From positions 35,285-99,284 of IMG/VR virus record IMGVR_UViG_2934965791_000001: 64,000 bases of DNA; one strand, written 5' to 3'. The stretch's first letter is position 1. Each line of letters starts with the position of its first letter. Both the position numbers and the translations under genes were made by a program. The notes beneath the pieces were generated by a model. The model was not told the DNA's origin. It saw only the letters and a program-made list of their open reading frames with translations, and made no database searches. The DNA is from a virus (lineage: Duplodnaviria; Caudoviricetes). Below are positions 9,505-19,744 of the stretch, piece after piece.

Positions 9505-12500
9505 CAGATGCCTCCTGTCACGGGCACGAGGGCGCAGCGGCACCAGGGGTGACCGGGCGGGGCGGACTGGCCGGAGGGGAAGAGGCTCCCGGGCCGACGC
9601 GGGCCTTCCTCGGCGTTGGTTTGGCAGATGTTGCAGACCCGGCCGTCGCCGGCGGAGATCCACTCGACGGACTCGATGCCGTTGATGAGGTACGTGGTGA
9701 GGGTGGCCGCGGATACCGCCCGGCACAGCTCCGTCGTCGCGATCATCTCGGCGCGGGTGACGTCGCTGAGCAGGCCCTCAATCGCCGCGGCGATCGTCGT
9801 CGGGCTGTCGCCGCGCTCGGCGCCCTCGGCGAGGAGTCGACCGAGGGCGTTGAGGCGGGTGTTGACGATGGACTTGATGGTGACGCCGGACTCGTTGAGC
9901 AGGGTCGCGAGTCCGTCACCGTTGCCGGTGCGCCCGAGGAGGAGCCGGGCGGCCGCAGCATCGCCGGGCGTCCAACTGCCCCAGTCGACGGCGGCCGCCG
10001 CGCCAGCGACGACCTCGGCGGACACAGCGCCGATGACGTAGCCGTCGAGGTAGACGCCACCAAGGGCTTCCTCAAGGGCCGTCGCGATGCCCGGGGCGTG
10101 CTGCTCCAACCATTCACGGGCCTCGTCGCCGAGTTCCCGGAGCCGGTCGGGCTTGCGTGACGCGCTCGACGACGCGCTCATGCCGAGCCACGCCTTCGCC
10201 AGCTGGCGGGGGTTGATGGCGCCGCGGAGGGCCGCAGCGATCCGAGGCGTCCAGTAGGCGATGGCCTTGAGGTCCATCTTCCAGCCGGGCCACCGGGCCG
10301 ACCCTTCGGCGCCGTCATCTTTTGGGTGGGCCGCCTTGACGATCCCGTCGTCGTCAGCCGGGAGCTGGCCGTCGAGGGCGCCAAGGACGGCGTCCAGGGA
10401 GGCGAGGAGTTCGGGCCTGACGGCAGGGTTGTCGCGGAGCTGCTCGGGGTCCCACCATGCGACGGCCTCCACGATGTCCCCGTCGGGGTCGTCGGGGTTG
10501 GTGACCTGGTCGCGCCGGCCGAGGTCCAGTACGGACTCCGAGGCGACGGTGTAGACGTAGCCGACGTATACGCCGGACCCCCACGCCGGCCTGGCGAACG
10601 CGAGTGCCGCCATGGCGTCGGGGTCGAACGGGAGGATGAAGCCCGTCTCCTCTGACCACTCGCGGATAGCGGCGCCCACCGGTGGCTCCTCGCCTTCGAG
10701 GTGACCACCGGGGAACTCCCACGTACCGCCGGCGGGGTCGCCGGGGTCGAGGGCCCGCTGAATCATGAGGACGCGGCCGGTGTCGGCGGCCCGCACGGCG
10801 AGGCCGGCGCACGCTATCTCCCCGGCGTCTTTCCGCACCTGGGCGCGGCCGGCCTGGTTGAGGCGCAGGCCGCGGGTCGGGGTGACGTATCGGAACTCGA
10901 AGTCGCGCCAAGTACCGGAGCGCCGACGGGCCTTGCGGAACGACCGGAACGCGGACAGTTCCCGCTTGGTGAGTTCCTCGTCGGCGTACGCGCCGTCGTC
11001 GAGGTCGTAGCCGTGCAGGCCGGTGTCGGCAGTGATGCCGACGTCGGCGGCCGGTGCGGCCGCGGCCTCCTTGGTCACGGCGTCGGCGTGCACCTGGGAC
11101 TGGTAGGTGTCCGCGGCTGCGGCCGATGCGGTGCCCTCGGCGGTACCGGGGGCCGGCAGGACACCGGGCGGCGGTACGAACGGTTGTGCCGGCAGTTCCT
11201 GCTGCTCGGCCGGCGCGTACGTCTCCGGGTCGATGTGCCCGCCGACGCCGTCGATGGACAGCAGCGGGACGGGGCCGAGGCGGGTGGTGTTGAAGAAGCG
11301 GGGGGTGGGCCGGCGGGGGTCGGCGGGCAGGCCGAGGAGTTCTTCGCGGCCCTCGTCCGACGAGGCCATGCCGGTCTCGATGTAGATCTGCCACGCCTGG
11401 GCGAGGGCGAGGCGGTCTTCCTTCTCCTGCCCGGTGTCGAAGGTGAACTCCAGCGGCAGGCCCATGTCGTGCTGGAGGAACGACGTGATGACGCCCTCGA
11501 TGTGCGCCACGAGGGGGAGGTCGCCAACGCGGTGCTGGACGTCTGCCTGCGTTTCCCCCGACGACTTGTTCACGGTCTCCGTGAACCCCAGGTCGCTGGG
11601 GACGATGTGGTAGGCAGCGCACGTCTTCCGCATGAGGAACAGGGAGAACGAGTCGCTGAAGTCTTTCTCGTTCGACCACTCGATCTTGCCGCCGCCCGGC
11701 ATCCACCGAATCTGGTGTTTGGCCTCCTGGTCGCCGTACATCGCGGCGTCCCAATAGCCCTGGAACTCCTCGATCTGTTGCGGGGTCCAGCCTTCCGGCG
11801 CCGACGCGAACGCCTCGGGGATGTTGCCCGCGGTGAATCGCTGGAGGAAGTACTGCTGAAACCGGAGGTCGGTGTTCGCGTTGAGGAGGATGCTTTCGAG
11901 CGGCGCGTACCCGTAGGGGCTGTTCGACCGGGGCCGGAACGGCACATAGACGAGGTCGCGGCGGGTGAGCCAGTTCCACGGGACACCGTTCGCGTACTGC
12001 ACGTACGCCTCGGCCGGCGGCTCCGGCGAGCGGCCCCAGTAGTCGAGGAGGGGGGCGATCGTCGTCCCGTCGACGACGCTCAGCCCGATCGCGCGGCCGG
12101 CCCGGTTCCGGCGCCGGTACAGGGCGCCGGCGTCGTAGGCGAGGATGTCGTACAGCCAGGTCGCGAGCCACGTCGGGAACGGCTTCTGTCCGTCGGGTTT
12201 GGCGAGGGCCGCCATGCCCTGGTCGATGGCGGCGTCGGCGTCGCCGCGGAAACCTCGGGCCGGCACGAGGGACCAGTCGAGGGCGCGGATCGAGTCAATC
12301 CGGTGCCAGATGCACATCTGCGCGACGTCGTAGGCGTCGATCATCCCGCGGAGCGTGTCGAAGGAGACGCGCTCGTTGGCCTTCGGCCGGGCGGAGATGT
12401 TGTAGCCGGGGGTGAAGTCGTGGCTGCGGGGGGTCCGGCTGTACCCGTCGTACGGGTTGATCGGCTGGCCCGGGGAGAACGGCCGCGTCTCGGACATGCC

Positions 12501-12578
12501 GGCGGCTTCCTCACCGGCCCGTATGTCGGCCGGGGTGCGGGATCCGAACGCCTTGACGATGCGGTCGCGGAGGCTCAT
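9504..12578 (-). CDS. Portal protein fused to Nudix hydrolase and MuF (gp7-like) domains
   Basis: Portal-like N-terminus (SPYGYAPLE); exact Nudix box GGHLEGEEPPVGAAIREWSEETGF; MuF C-terminus 'RAEMIATTE...VCNIC...PPGHPWCRC'. Confidence 0.85.
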   Translation of the reverse strand: MSLRDRIVKAFGSRTPADIRAGEEAAGMSETRPFSPGQPINPYDGYSRTPRSHDFTPGYNISARPKANERVSFDTLRGMIDAYDVAQMCIWHRIDSIRALDWSLVPARGFRGDADAAIDQGMAALAKPDGQKPFPTWLATWLYDILAYDAGALYRRRNRAGRAIGLSVVDGTTIAPLLDYWGRSPEPPAEAYVQYANGVPWNWLTRRDLVYVPFRPRSNSPYGYAPLESILLNANTDLRFQQYFLQRFTAGNIPEAFASAPEGWTPQQIEEFQGYWDAAMYGDQEAKHQIRWMPGGGKIEWSNEKDFSDSFSLFLMRKTCAAYHIVPSDLGFTETVNKSSGETQADVQHRVGDLPLVAHIEGVITSFLQHDMGLPLEFTFDTGQEKEDRLALAQAWQIYIETGMASSDEGREELLGLPADPRRPTPRFFNTTRLGPVPLLSIDGVGGHIDPETYAPAEQQELPAQPFVPPPGVLPAPGTAEGTASAAAADTYQSQVHADAVTKEAAAAPAADVGITADTGLHGYDLDDGAYADEELTKRELSAFRSFRKARRRSGTWRDFEFRYVTPTRGLRLNQAGRAQVRKDAGEIACAGLAVRAADTGRVLMIQRALDPGDPAGGTWEFPGGHLEGEEPPVGAAIREWSEETGFILPFDPDAMAALAFARPAWGSGVYVGYVYTVASESVLDLGRRDQVTNPDDPDGDIVEAVAWWDPEQLRDNPAVRPELLASLDAVLGALDGQLPADDDGIVKAAHPKDDGAEGSARWPGWKMDLKAIAYWTPRIAAALRGAINPRQLAKAWLGMSASSSASRKPDRLRELGDEAREWLEQHAPGIATALEEALGGVYLDGYVIGAVSAEVVAGAAAAVDWGSWTPGDAAAARLLLGRTGNGDGLATLLNESGVTIKSIVNTRLNALGRLLAEGAERGDSPTTIAAAIEGLLSDVTRAEMIATTELCRAVSAATLTTYLINGIESVEWISAGDGRVCNICQTNAEEGPRRPGSLFPSGQSAPPGHPWCRCALVPVTGGI

Positions 12579-12610
12579 GGGGGCAGCGCCTCCTATCTAC
12601 GGCTGGGCCA

Positions 12611-13045
12611 TCAGGCGCCGGTGGTCCAGTGGGCGGGGACCATGCGGGCCACGAGGGGGTCGTCCATCGGTTCCGGGTCCGGGACTTCGGGGGTGCAGTC
12701 GCAGTCCGGAAGGTCCGCGGGGTTCGGCGCCGTGCACGTGCAGGCGTGGATGAGGGATGCGCCGTCGAGGCTGATCGCGTGGTCGACGCAGGCGTAGACG
12801 GTGCGGGTCATGCCGTCGCCGGTGGGGAGCGGCCCGAAGTCGGGCGCCGGAAGCTGCGGGTCGGCCAGGAGGAGGAGCTGTTCGCGGCGCAGCAACTCGG
12901 TCTTGATGACCTCGGTGACCTCGTCCGCGGTGGGCCGGCGTGCCCAGTTCACGGCCGCCAGTTCGCCGCAGGCCGCGCAGAACGGGCCGGTCGAGACGAC
13001 CGGGGCCGGGGTGGGCGCCGGCGGGGCGTCCTCGTCCGTGGTCAT
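12611..13045 (-). CDS. Hypothetical Cys-rich protein
   Basis: ATG at 13045; CAAC, CVDH, CTC, CDC motifs. Confidence 0.55.
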   Translation of the reverse strand: MTTDEDAPPAPTPAPVVSTGPFCAACGELAAVNWARRPTADEVTEVIKTELLRREQLLLLADPQLPAPDFGPLPTGDGMTRTVYACVDHAISLDGASLIHACTCTAPNPADLPDCDCTPEVPDPEPMDDPLVARMVPAHWTTGA

Positions 13046-13098
13046 GGGGAACCGTGCGGGGACATGGGGCGGGAGGGACAGCACGCGCGGCTCCAGGG

Positions 13099-13419
13099 TC
13101 AAGTCACGGCGAGTTGCCCGACGTTCATGACGGGCTGCTCGGGGTTGTCGGTGATGCGGAGCCACACGGCGTACCGGCCGGCGGCGAGCACGGGCCCGTT
13201 GCTGCCGGGGCCGGCCAAGACCTGGGCGCGGTAGGAGTTGCTGCCGGGGATGGGGTCGATGCCGTCCCAGCCACCCGTGAACCAGGTGGTGGGACGGGCT
13301 CCGATCGCGGTGAACGCGAACTCGACGACGTCCGCAGTCGGGTTGTACGGCTGGCCGGCCACGGTGACGTCGACCATGGCCTGCACGTACTGCCGTGAGT
13401 CGCGGTCGATGCCCTGCAC
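13099..13419 (-). CDS. Small beta-rich virion protein (BppU/Ig-like, tentative)
   Basis: GTG at 13419; 'AGRYAVWLRITDNPEQPV'. Confidence 0.5.
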   Translation of the reverse strand: MQGIDRDSRQYVQAMVDVTVAGQPYNPTADVVEFAFTAIGARPTTWFTGGWDGIDPIPGSNSYRAQVLAGPGSNGPVLAAGRYAVWLRITDNPEQPVMNVGQLAVT

Positions 13420-13427
13420 GGGGCCCC

Positions 13428-15890
13428 CTATTCGTCGGTGTTCCAGCGGCCTCCGGTGAGCCACGCCCGCCAGGTGGCGCTCGGCTGGCTGGCCGTCCAG
13501 CGGGTGACCACGCCGACCGCGGCGAGGGCGATGTCTTGGAGCGCGCGGACAAGTTGGGTGCCGGTGGCGGCCGTGACGGCGACGCCGGCGGCGAGGAGGA
13601 GGGCGAAGACGCGGGCGATCCCCACGGATCCCGTGACGTGCGCTGTAGTGGCCGCGGACCGGCCGACGCCCCGACGGGTCATGGCGGCGGCGAGGGCGTC
13701 CGCGCGGGTTGTCAGGGCCGCCCCGCGGGTGAGGCTGCCGGTGGTGGTGGCCTGCGCGGTGTAGGTGTGTGCGGCCGCCCGCAGTATCGACACGGCAGAC
13801 GGGGCGGCGGCCGCGAGTGTCCGGGCGATGCCGGACCGTACCGCCGTGCCGGCCGTGGCCGTCGCGGTGAACGGGCGGGCCAGGCCGCGGCGGATGCTGC
13901 CGACGCCGGCCGCGGCGCCGGCCATGGTCAGGGCGGCCCAGCGGATGAGGTCGCCGTCGGCGGCGGCCGTCGCCGTGGTGGTGGTGCCGGCGGCGCGGGT
14001 GATGTCCGGGTCGGCGTTCGCCGATCCGGGCAGCAGGGTGCCGACGGCACGCTGTAGGGCGCCGGTACCGCGGCCGCCGACCGTGAAGGTGAGGAGCGCG
14101 GTTCGGGCCCAGGTGAGTGCGCGGGACGCGGTCGCTGCGACCGCCAGAACCATGGCGTACGCGGCGCGGACGGCCAGGCTGGCGGTTGTGGTCGCGGTCG
14201 CTGGCAGGGGTCGCGTGACGTCCCGGTAGAGGTCGCTGTCGGTGGTCGCTTCGGCCGGCAGTGGCGTAGCGATACCGCGGTTGAGGGCGCCGGTCCCCGT
14301 GGCCGTCCCGGTGGTGTGGGTGAGGTCGATGTCCCGCCGGATGGCACGGGTCGCGGCCGCGGTGACGGCGAAGGTGGCGGCCAGGGCGCGGAGGGCGGCC
14401 AGGGTGGATCCGACAGTGCCCGTCACGGCGTAGGTGACGTGCCGTGCCGTGTTGGCCGTCCAGGTCGCGGTGGCGGTGCCGGCCGCGTCCAGGCGCCGGA
14501 CGACCGCCCGGGCGATCGTGCCGGACGCAGTCGCCGTCGCCGTGTAGGCGCGGCCGAGTGTCGCCCGCACGGTGGCGACCGCCGCGGTGTTCGCGGCGGC
14601 CGCGTAGGTGCGGGATGCGGCCCGACCGATGACGCCGGCGACCGTGGCGGGCACCGCGACGACTTGGCCGAAGGTGCGCCGTAGGGTGCTGGCAGCGGTG
14701 GCGGCCGCGGCCAGGGGCCGGCCCAGTCCGCGGCCGGTCGACGCCGTGCCGGTGCCGGAGGCTAGGAAGTTGAGGCCGGGTATGTAGGTCAGGAGGCCGG
14801 CACCGTGCGCGGCCCGGGCGTGACTGAGGCCCAGACCGCGGGCGAGTGCCGCGCCGGCGGCGCGCGCGGTGGGGAATGCGGCCGTGACCGCTCGGGCCAT
14901 GCTCGTGTTGCCGGCGGCACCAGCGGGACAGGGCCGGCCGATGTCGCGGCGGATGCTGCCGGCGCCGCCGGCGGACCCGCGGAGTGCCCGGCTGATGCCG
15001 CGGCCGGTGGCGCCGATACCGACGGCGGCCGCGACGAACAGGAGCGCCCGCACGGTGGTGTTGACGACGCTCCGCGTGGCCGTCGCCGTCGCGGCCAGCC
15101 GAGTGGCGATGCCGCGGCCGACGGTGGCCGTCGCGGTGGCGGTGCCGGCGCGGACCAGGGCCGCGGCCCGGGTGATCCCCGTGGTGGCCGTCCCGGTCGT
15201 CGCCCAGATGGGTCCGGGCCCGCGACGTAGCGCGGTGGATGAGGAGGCCGCGCCGGCCAGGGTGACCATGCCGATGGCGCGGACGAGGACGCCGCACGTG
15301 GCGACGTTGCCCGACGGGCTCTGCGTGGCGGTCGGTGTCGCCGCGGCGGAGACGGCGGGGTTCCACACGAAACCGTTGCCGGCGGCCGTCACGGTGTACG
15401 TGAAGCCGGACGTCGAGCCGGCTACCACGGTGTTCGTGACGTACGCGTACCCGATGTAGAGCTCTGACCCGGCGGCCGGGGTGAGCGTGGGCCAGGTGAC
15501 GGCCGTGGTGGTGGGGGCGGAGGTGCTGCCGCCCGTTCCGTCGCTGACCCAGGCCGTGTTGGCGAGGCTGGAGGTGAACTGTTCGGCGCACAGCTCGATC
15601 GCGACGCCGGTCACGTCGGAGTTGAAGGTGACGGTGATGGTGGCCGGGGTCGTCGACGTGATCTGGCCGAGCCAGATCTCGATGGTGCCGTTGACGACGG
15701 CCTGCGACACCGTCGCAATCTTCGTCCAGGTCGCGGGGCCGCCGCCGGTGACGGACGAGGTGCCGATGTACTGGTCGGCGACACGGACGATGAGGACCCA
15801 GGCGTTGCCCACCACGGCGCCGGACACGCTCAGGGTGGAGATGCCGCTACCGCGGTTCTGCTGGAGGCTGCCGACGGCGGAGATCGTCAC
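13428..15890 (-). CDS. Ala/Thr/Arg-rich repetitive virion fibre-like protein
   Basis: 820 aa; beta-rich N-terminal ~200 aa, then degenerate ~19-20 aa repeats. Confidence 0.6.
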   Translation of the reverse strand: MTISAVGSLQQNRGSGISTLSVSGAVVGNAWVLIVRVADQYIGTSSVTGGGPATWTKIATVSQAVVNGTIEIWLGQITSTTPATITVTFNSDVTGVAIELCAEQFTSSLANTAWVSDGTGGSTSAPTTTAVTWPTLTPAAGSELYIGYAYVTNTVVAGSTSGFTYTVTAAGNGFVWNPAVSAAATPTATQSPSGNVATCGVLVRAIGMVTLAGAASSSTALRRGPGPIWATTGTATTGITRAAALVRAGTATATATVGRGIATRLAATATATRSVVNTTVRALLFVAAAVGIGATGRGISRALRGSAGGAGSIRRDIGRPCPAGAAGNTSMARAVTAAFPTARAAGAALARGLGLSHARAAHGAGLLTYIPGLNFLASGTGTASTGRGLGRPLAAAATAASTLRRTFGQVVAVPATVAGVIGRAASRTYAAAANTAAVATVRATLGRAYTATATASGTIARAVVRRLDAAGTATATWTANTARHVTYAVTGTVGSTLAALRALAATFAVTAAATRAIRRDIDLTHTTGTATGTGALNRGIATPLPAEATTDSDLYRDVTRPLPATATTTASLAVRAAYAMVLAVAATASRALTWARTALLTFTVGGRGTGALQRAVGTLLPGSANADPDITRAAGTTTTATAAADGDLIRWAALTMAGAAAGVGSIRRGLARPFTATATAGTAVRSGIARTLAAAAPSAVSILRAAAHTYTAQATTTGSLTRGAALTTRADALAAAMTRRGVGRSAATTAHVTGSVGIARVFALLLAAGVAVTAATGTQLVRALQDIALAAVGVVTRWTASQPSATWRAWLTGGRWNTDE

Positions 15891-15916
15891 GGCTCACCTC
15901 CCGCCGGCGGGGTCGG

Positions 15917-16555
15917 TCAGGAGAAGCTGAGCTTCGTGGTGGCCGTGAGGGTGTCGTTCGAGTTGAGGGCGAGGCCCGTGAACGACGAGTGGACGAGCAG
16001 CGACCCGTTCGACACGGCGGACGACCCGGGGGCGTTGCCGCCGGTGACCGTGGCGCCGCCGGAGTGGGTCGCCGCGGTGCTGCCGTTGACGCCGCGGGTC
16101 ACGGTCCACGTGGTGGTGCCCTGACCGGCGGTGACGGTCATGACCTCGGAGTCGATCTGGATGTTGTAGTTGCCCGAGCTGGGGAAACCGGCTGCCGAGG
16201 TCACGGTGATGGACGTGGCGCTGGTGGTCGAGATCGCGGCGGACAGCGTGGTCGCCGCCGGCTTCGACGCCGAGTCGGACAGGAACGTCTCGGTGATGGT
16301 CTGGCTGCTCGCGCTGGTCAGCGTGCCGGCGACCTGGTAGGTGTCGTTCGTGCTGCTGGTCGTCACCTGGCTGGACGTGCCGGCGACGCGGGCCTCGGCC
16401 GCCTCCTGGAAGGGGGCGATGTCCGTTGCCGCGGCGGTGCCGGCGCCGATGCCCCAGCCGACGTTCTTCGGTTCGGCCTGGGACGGGGTGGCGCCGATGA
16501 GTCGGCTGGCGACGATCTCGCGGCCCTTGCTGGTGAATGCGACCGTGGTGGCCAT
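15917..16555 (-). CDS. Putative virion structural protein
   Basis: 212 aa Thr/Ser-rich; 'FPSSGNYNIQIDSEVMTVT...TVTRGVNGSTAATH'. Confidence 0.6.
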   Translation of the reverse strand: MATTVAFTSKGREIVASRLIGATPSQAEPKNVGWGIGAGTAAATDIAPFQEAAEARVAGTSSQVTTSSTNDTYQVAGTLTSASSQTITETFLSDSASKPAATTLSAAISTTSATSITVTSAAGFPSSGNYNIQIDSEVMTVTAGQGTTTWTVTRGVNGSTAATHSGGATVTGGNAPGSSAVSNGSLLVHSSFTGLALNSNDTLTATTKLSFS

Positions 16556-16557
16556 TG

Positions 16558-16779
16558 CTACTCCTTGGCGGCCCGTGCCGCGTCTCGGTTAGCCGCTGCT
16601 GCGCGGCGGTTGAAGCGGGGCTGGCCCCAGAGGCGCCACCACAGGCGGCGGAGGGGGTTGCGGTGCCAGTAGACGCCGCGGCCGAGGTCGATGACCGTGC
16701 CGTCGGCGCGGGTGATGACGAAGTAGGTCTCGGCGACTCGGTGCGACGCCTTCGTGGTCGGCTCGGTCGTCTCGGTCAT
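16558..16779 (-). CDS. Hypothetical protein
   Basis: ATG at 16779 after GGAAGG; coupled to neighbouring genes. Confidence 0.55.
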   Translation of the reverse strand: MTETTEPTTKASHRVAETYFVITRADGTVIDLGRGVYWHRNPLRRLWWRLWGQPRFNRRAAAANRDAARAAKE

Positions 16780-16988
16780 GACGCCTTCCGGCTGGTCGCG
16801 GTGTGTGCGTCGGCGATGTGCCGACGCCATGAGGAGAGGTCGACCGAGATCGTGACGACGAGGTCGGGGATGGTGCCGGCCTCGGTCTCACCGGGGCCGA
16901 CGGCCGTCTCCCGGACGGGTACGTCGACGACGGTGTCTGGGCAGACCGGGCAGTCGATGGGCACGTGCGTGCCGAGTAGCGCCGCCAC
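16776..16988 (-). CDS. Hypothetical protein with CxxC
   Basis: 70 aa; AGGAG RBS; CPVC. Confidence 0.55.
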   Translation of the reverse strand: MAALLGTHVPIDCPVCPDTVVDVPVRETAVGPGETEAGTIPDLVVTISVDLSSWRRHIADAHTATSRKAS

Positions 16989-17008
16989 GGCGTGGACTCC
17001 TTGAGGGG

Positions 17009-18631
17009 TTAGGGCTGCTGGCCGCGGAAGCGGGCGTCACGCATGCGCTTGCGGATGGCGGCCGGGTCCTCCGTCAGGGCGTCCCACGGGTCGACGATCG
17101 GCGCGTCCGTGACCGCCTCCGGGGCGGCAGGCGGTTCGGGTACGGCCGTCCCTTCGGCCTTCGCCCGGTAGTGGTTGATCCACGCGTGCGCGCCGGTCTG
17201 GTCGAGGAGGAGGTACGCCAGGGCCTGGCTGGTCGCGTCGACCATGTCGTCATGTGCGGCGTTCGGGAACGCCGCCGCCTCGTCGATGAGTTCGTCGGGG
17301 TCGAACAGCGCGATATCCGTCTCCGGCACGAACGCGTTGCCAGCCTCCAGGACCGGGGAGACGGCGTTCGCCCGGGCGTACTTCGACTCGGTCGGCGTGA
17401 CCGCGATGATCCCGGGGATTTTGCTCTTGAGGGTCGAGATCACGGCGGTGCCGTTCGCCTTGTCCTCGACCAACTTCGCAGTGGCCTGCGGCCAGCGCCG
17501 CACCATCGCCTCGAACGCGGCGAGGGTGTCCGTGAAGCTGAGTCGCTTACGGATCTGGTCGAGGAGGTAGACGTTCGCACCCTTGCGGGCCCAGACCTGG
17601 CCGACGACGTAGTCACTCGACTTCGTGTCCTTGAAGGCCATGTCCCAGCTCATGATCAGCTGGTCGAACTCGTCGACGCGGTATGCCTCGGCGGCCGCGG
17701 CGGCCTGCGACCACAGCGGGACGCCGTAGCGGCGCCACCACTGCCGCTTCCAGACGTCACCGGCGGTCGGGGACGGCCGGCCCTGGTAGAGGCTGGTCCA
17801 GGTGCGACTACCGACGTCCTGCCGCGTGTCTTCCCAGTCCTTCGGCGTACGGCCGCGGGACGAGACGAGGTATTCGCCGGGGGCACGACCGAGGGCGTCG
17901 GTCTGCCCCTTGTTCGGGTCGTGGTCGGCCTGTGCCGGCACGTTGATGTGTCGCCACTCGCCGCGCACGTCTTGGGCAAGGAGCCGGCCGGCGAGGTCGT
18001 CTTCGTGCCATCGGGTGAGTACGACGATGACGACGGTGTCCGGGCCGAAGCGGGTACGGGCGGTGTCGGTCCAGAAGTCCCACACCCGCTCGCGGAACAC
18101 GAGCGACTCGGCCTGGGCGCGGTCCTTGATCGGGTCGTCGATGATGAGGATGTCGACGGGCCGGCCGGTCAGGGCGCCCTGGACGCCGACGGAGTAGACG
18201 CCGCCGGCGTGGTCCTGGATCTGCCACTCGGCCGCCGACGCGGTGTCCCGGCTGATCCGCAGCCCGAACTTGTCGGGGTTCGATGCGATGTCGTTTCGGA
18301 TCGCGCGGCCCCACCGTCGGGCGGTGCCGAGTTCGTACGACGCGATAGCGATTCGCTTGTCTGGGTCGCGTGCGAGCACCCAGGCCGGGAAGGTGCGTGA
18401 TACCCGCTGGCTCTTGCCCTCCTGCGGGGGCATGGTCCAGATGAGGCGCCTGGTGCGGCCCTCTGCGGCGTCGATGAGGTTCTGGTCGAGGAGCGCGAGC
18501 GCCGGCGTCAGGACGATGCGGGGGTCGAGTTCCCGGGCGAGGTCGTGTGGGGTCGGGTAGCGGTCGACGGCGTCGCTACGTCCTTCGAGCCGGTCGGCGG
18601 CGAGTGCGAGCGCGTCCATGTCGCTGGACAC
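17009..18631 (-). CDS. terL: Terminase large subunit
   Basis: Walker A 'MPPQEGKS', Walker B 'ILIIDDPIKD', 'TRWHEDDL', nuclease 'SWDMAF...EDKANG...HDDMVDA'. Confidence 0.95.
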   Translation of the reverse strand: MSSDMDALALAADRLEGRSDAVDRYPTPHDLARELDPRIVLTPALALLDQNLIDAAEGRTRRLIWTMPPQEGKSQRVSRTFPAWVLARDPDKRIAIASYELGTARRWGRAIRNDIASNPDKFGLRISRDTASAAEWQIQDHAGGVYSVGVQGALTGRPVDILIIDDPIKDRAQAESLVFRERVWDFWTDTARTRFGPDTVVIVVLTRWHEDDLAGRLLAQDVRGEWRHINVPAQADHDPNKGQTDALGRAPGEYLVSSRGRTPKDWEDTRQDVGSRTWTSLYQGRPSPTAGDVWKRQWWRRYGVPLWSQAAAAAEAYRVDEFDQLIMSWDMAFKDTKSSDYVVGQVWARKGANVYLLDQIRKRLSFTDTLAAFEAMVRRWPQATAKLVEDKANGTAVISTLKSKIPGIIAVTPTESKYARANAVSPVLEAGNAFVPETDIALFDPDELIDEAAAFPNAAHDDMVDATSQALAYLLLDQTGAHAWINHYRAKAEGTAVPEPPAAPEAVTDAPIVDPWDALTEDPAAIRKRMRDARFRGQQP

Positions 18632-18655
18632 CTCGGGCGCCTCCTCCCCGGGGTG

Positions 18656-19123
18656 TTACTCGCCGATGAGGGCGGTGTGGAGGGTGTCGAGGACACCGAT
18701 CACGTCGGGGATGCGCATGAAGTCCATGGACATGTCCACGAGGTCGCCTTCGACGACCTTGACCTCCCACTCGCCGCCGAAGTCCTCGTCGCACCAGTAG
18801 TAGGTGCCTGCGCCGGCGGCGGCGATGCCGTCGGGGGCGTGGTCGAACCAGCCCTTCCCCATCAACGTGTCGAGGGCATCGGCGACCGGCTGCTTCGGCA
18901 TGCCGCGGAACTCAAGGGTTCCGCGGGCCTGGTCGTCGACGCACACGGTGCCCTCGCCGAGGCCGTCTTGCTCCCAGTTCATCCGGAGGTCGCAGCACCC
19001 GGTGGGGTACGGCATCCGTTGGAGGGGTGGGAACGCCGCGGTGGCGGCGCTGACGGCCGCCTCCTGCTGGGTCCGGAAGGCGTGTTCCCACTCGTCGAGG
19101 GCGAGTTCGGCTTCGAGTTGCAA
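18656..19123 (-). CDS. Hypothetical protein
   Basis: 155 aa ORF between the terminase genes. Confidence 0.55.
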   Translation of the reverse strand: MQLEAELALDEWEHAFRTQQEAAVSAATAAFPPLQRMPYPTGCCDLRMNWEQDGLGEGTVCVDDQARGTLEFRGMPKQPVADALDTLMGKGWFDHAPDGIAAAGAGTYYWCDEDFGGEWEVKVVEGDLVDMSMDFMRIPDVIGVLDTLHTALIGE

Positions 19124-19153
19124 GGTGGTGCTCCGAGGGGTGGTGCGGGTGTT

Positions 19154-19744
19154 CTAGACGGCGCGCAGGTGCCGGGCGGCGGCCTTGCGGGCGTCGTCCG
19201 CTTGCTGGCCGGTGACGCCGGCCGCGGCGAGTGCCGCCTCAATAGCGGAGACGAGGGCGTCGGCCTGGCGTTCGGTGACGCGGGCCATCCGGTCCTCGAT
19301 GTTGAGCTTGGCGATCATGCCGAGGACGTGTCCGGTGCGGTCCATCGCCCGCTCGTACAGGGCGATCTCGGCGCGCAGTTGCTCGGACCCCGACGCGCCC
19401 TCGTAGCGGAGGCGGTCGCCGAGGTCGTTGACGATGCTGCTGATGGCCTCCTGCCAGGCGAGCACCTGGCCAGCGAGCCGGGACAGCGCGGCGAACGGGT
19501 CGGCGACCGGGGCGACGTCGAGGGTGGCGAGTACCTGCCGGGCCTCGGCGTCGGCCATCTCCGCGCGGGCGCTGGTGCGTTGTGTGCGGGTGTTGCCGCC
19601 GTGGAGCCGGCAGTGGCCGAAGCCGACGTGGTCGGTGCCCCAGCCGGCGACGAACGTGCACGTCTCGCCAGGCTTGCCCTGCCTCTTCTGCGCGCCGCAC
19701 TTCGGGCCGTCGCCGCTGGCGTGCTGCGGCCGCATGCTGGTCAC
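19154..19744 (-). CDS. Terminase small subunit-like protein (HGGx motif)
   Basis: 'CGAQKR...C...CRLHGGNT'; upstream of TerL. Confidence 0.65.
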   Translation of the reverse strand: MTSMRPQHASGDGPKCGAQKRQGKPGETCTFVAGWGTDHVGFGHCRLHGGNTRTQRTSARAEMADAEARQVLATLDVAPVADPFAALSRLAGQVLAWQEAISSIVNDLGDRLRYEGASGSEQLRAEIALYERAMDRTGHVLGMIAKLNIEDRMARVTERQADALVSAIEAALAAAGVTGQQADDARKAAARHLRAV

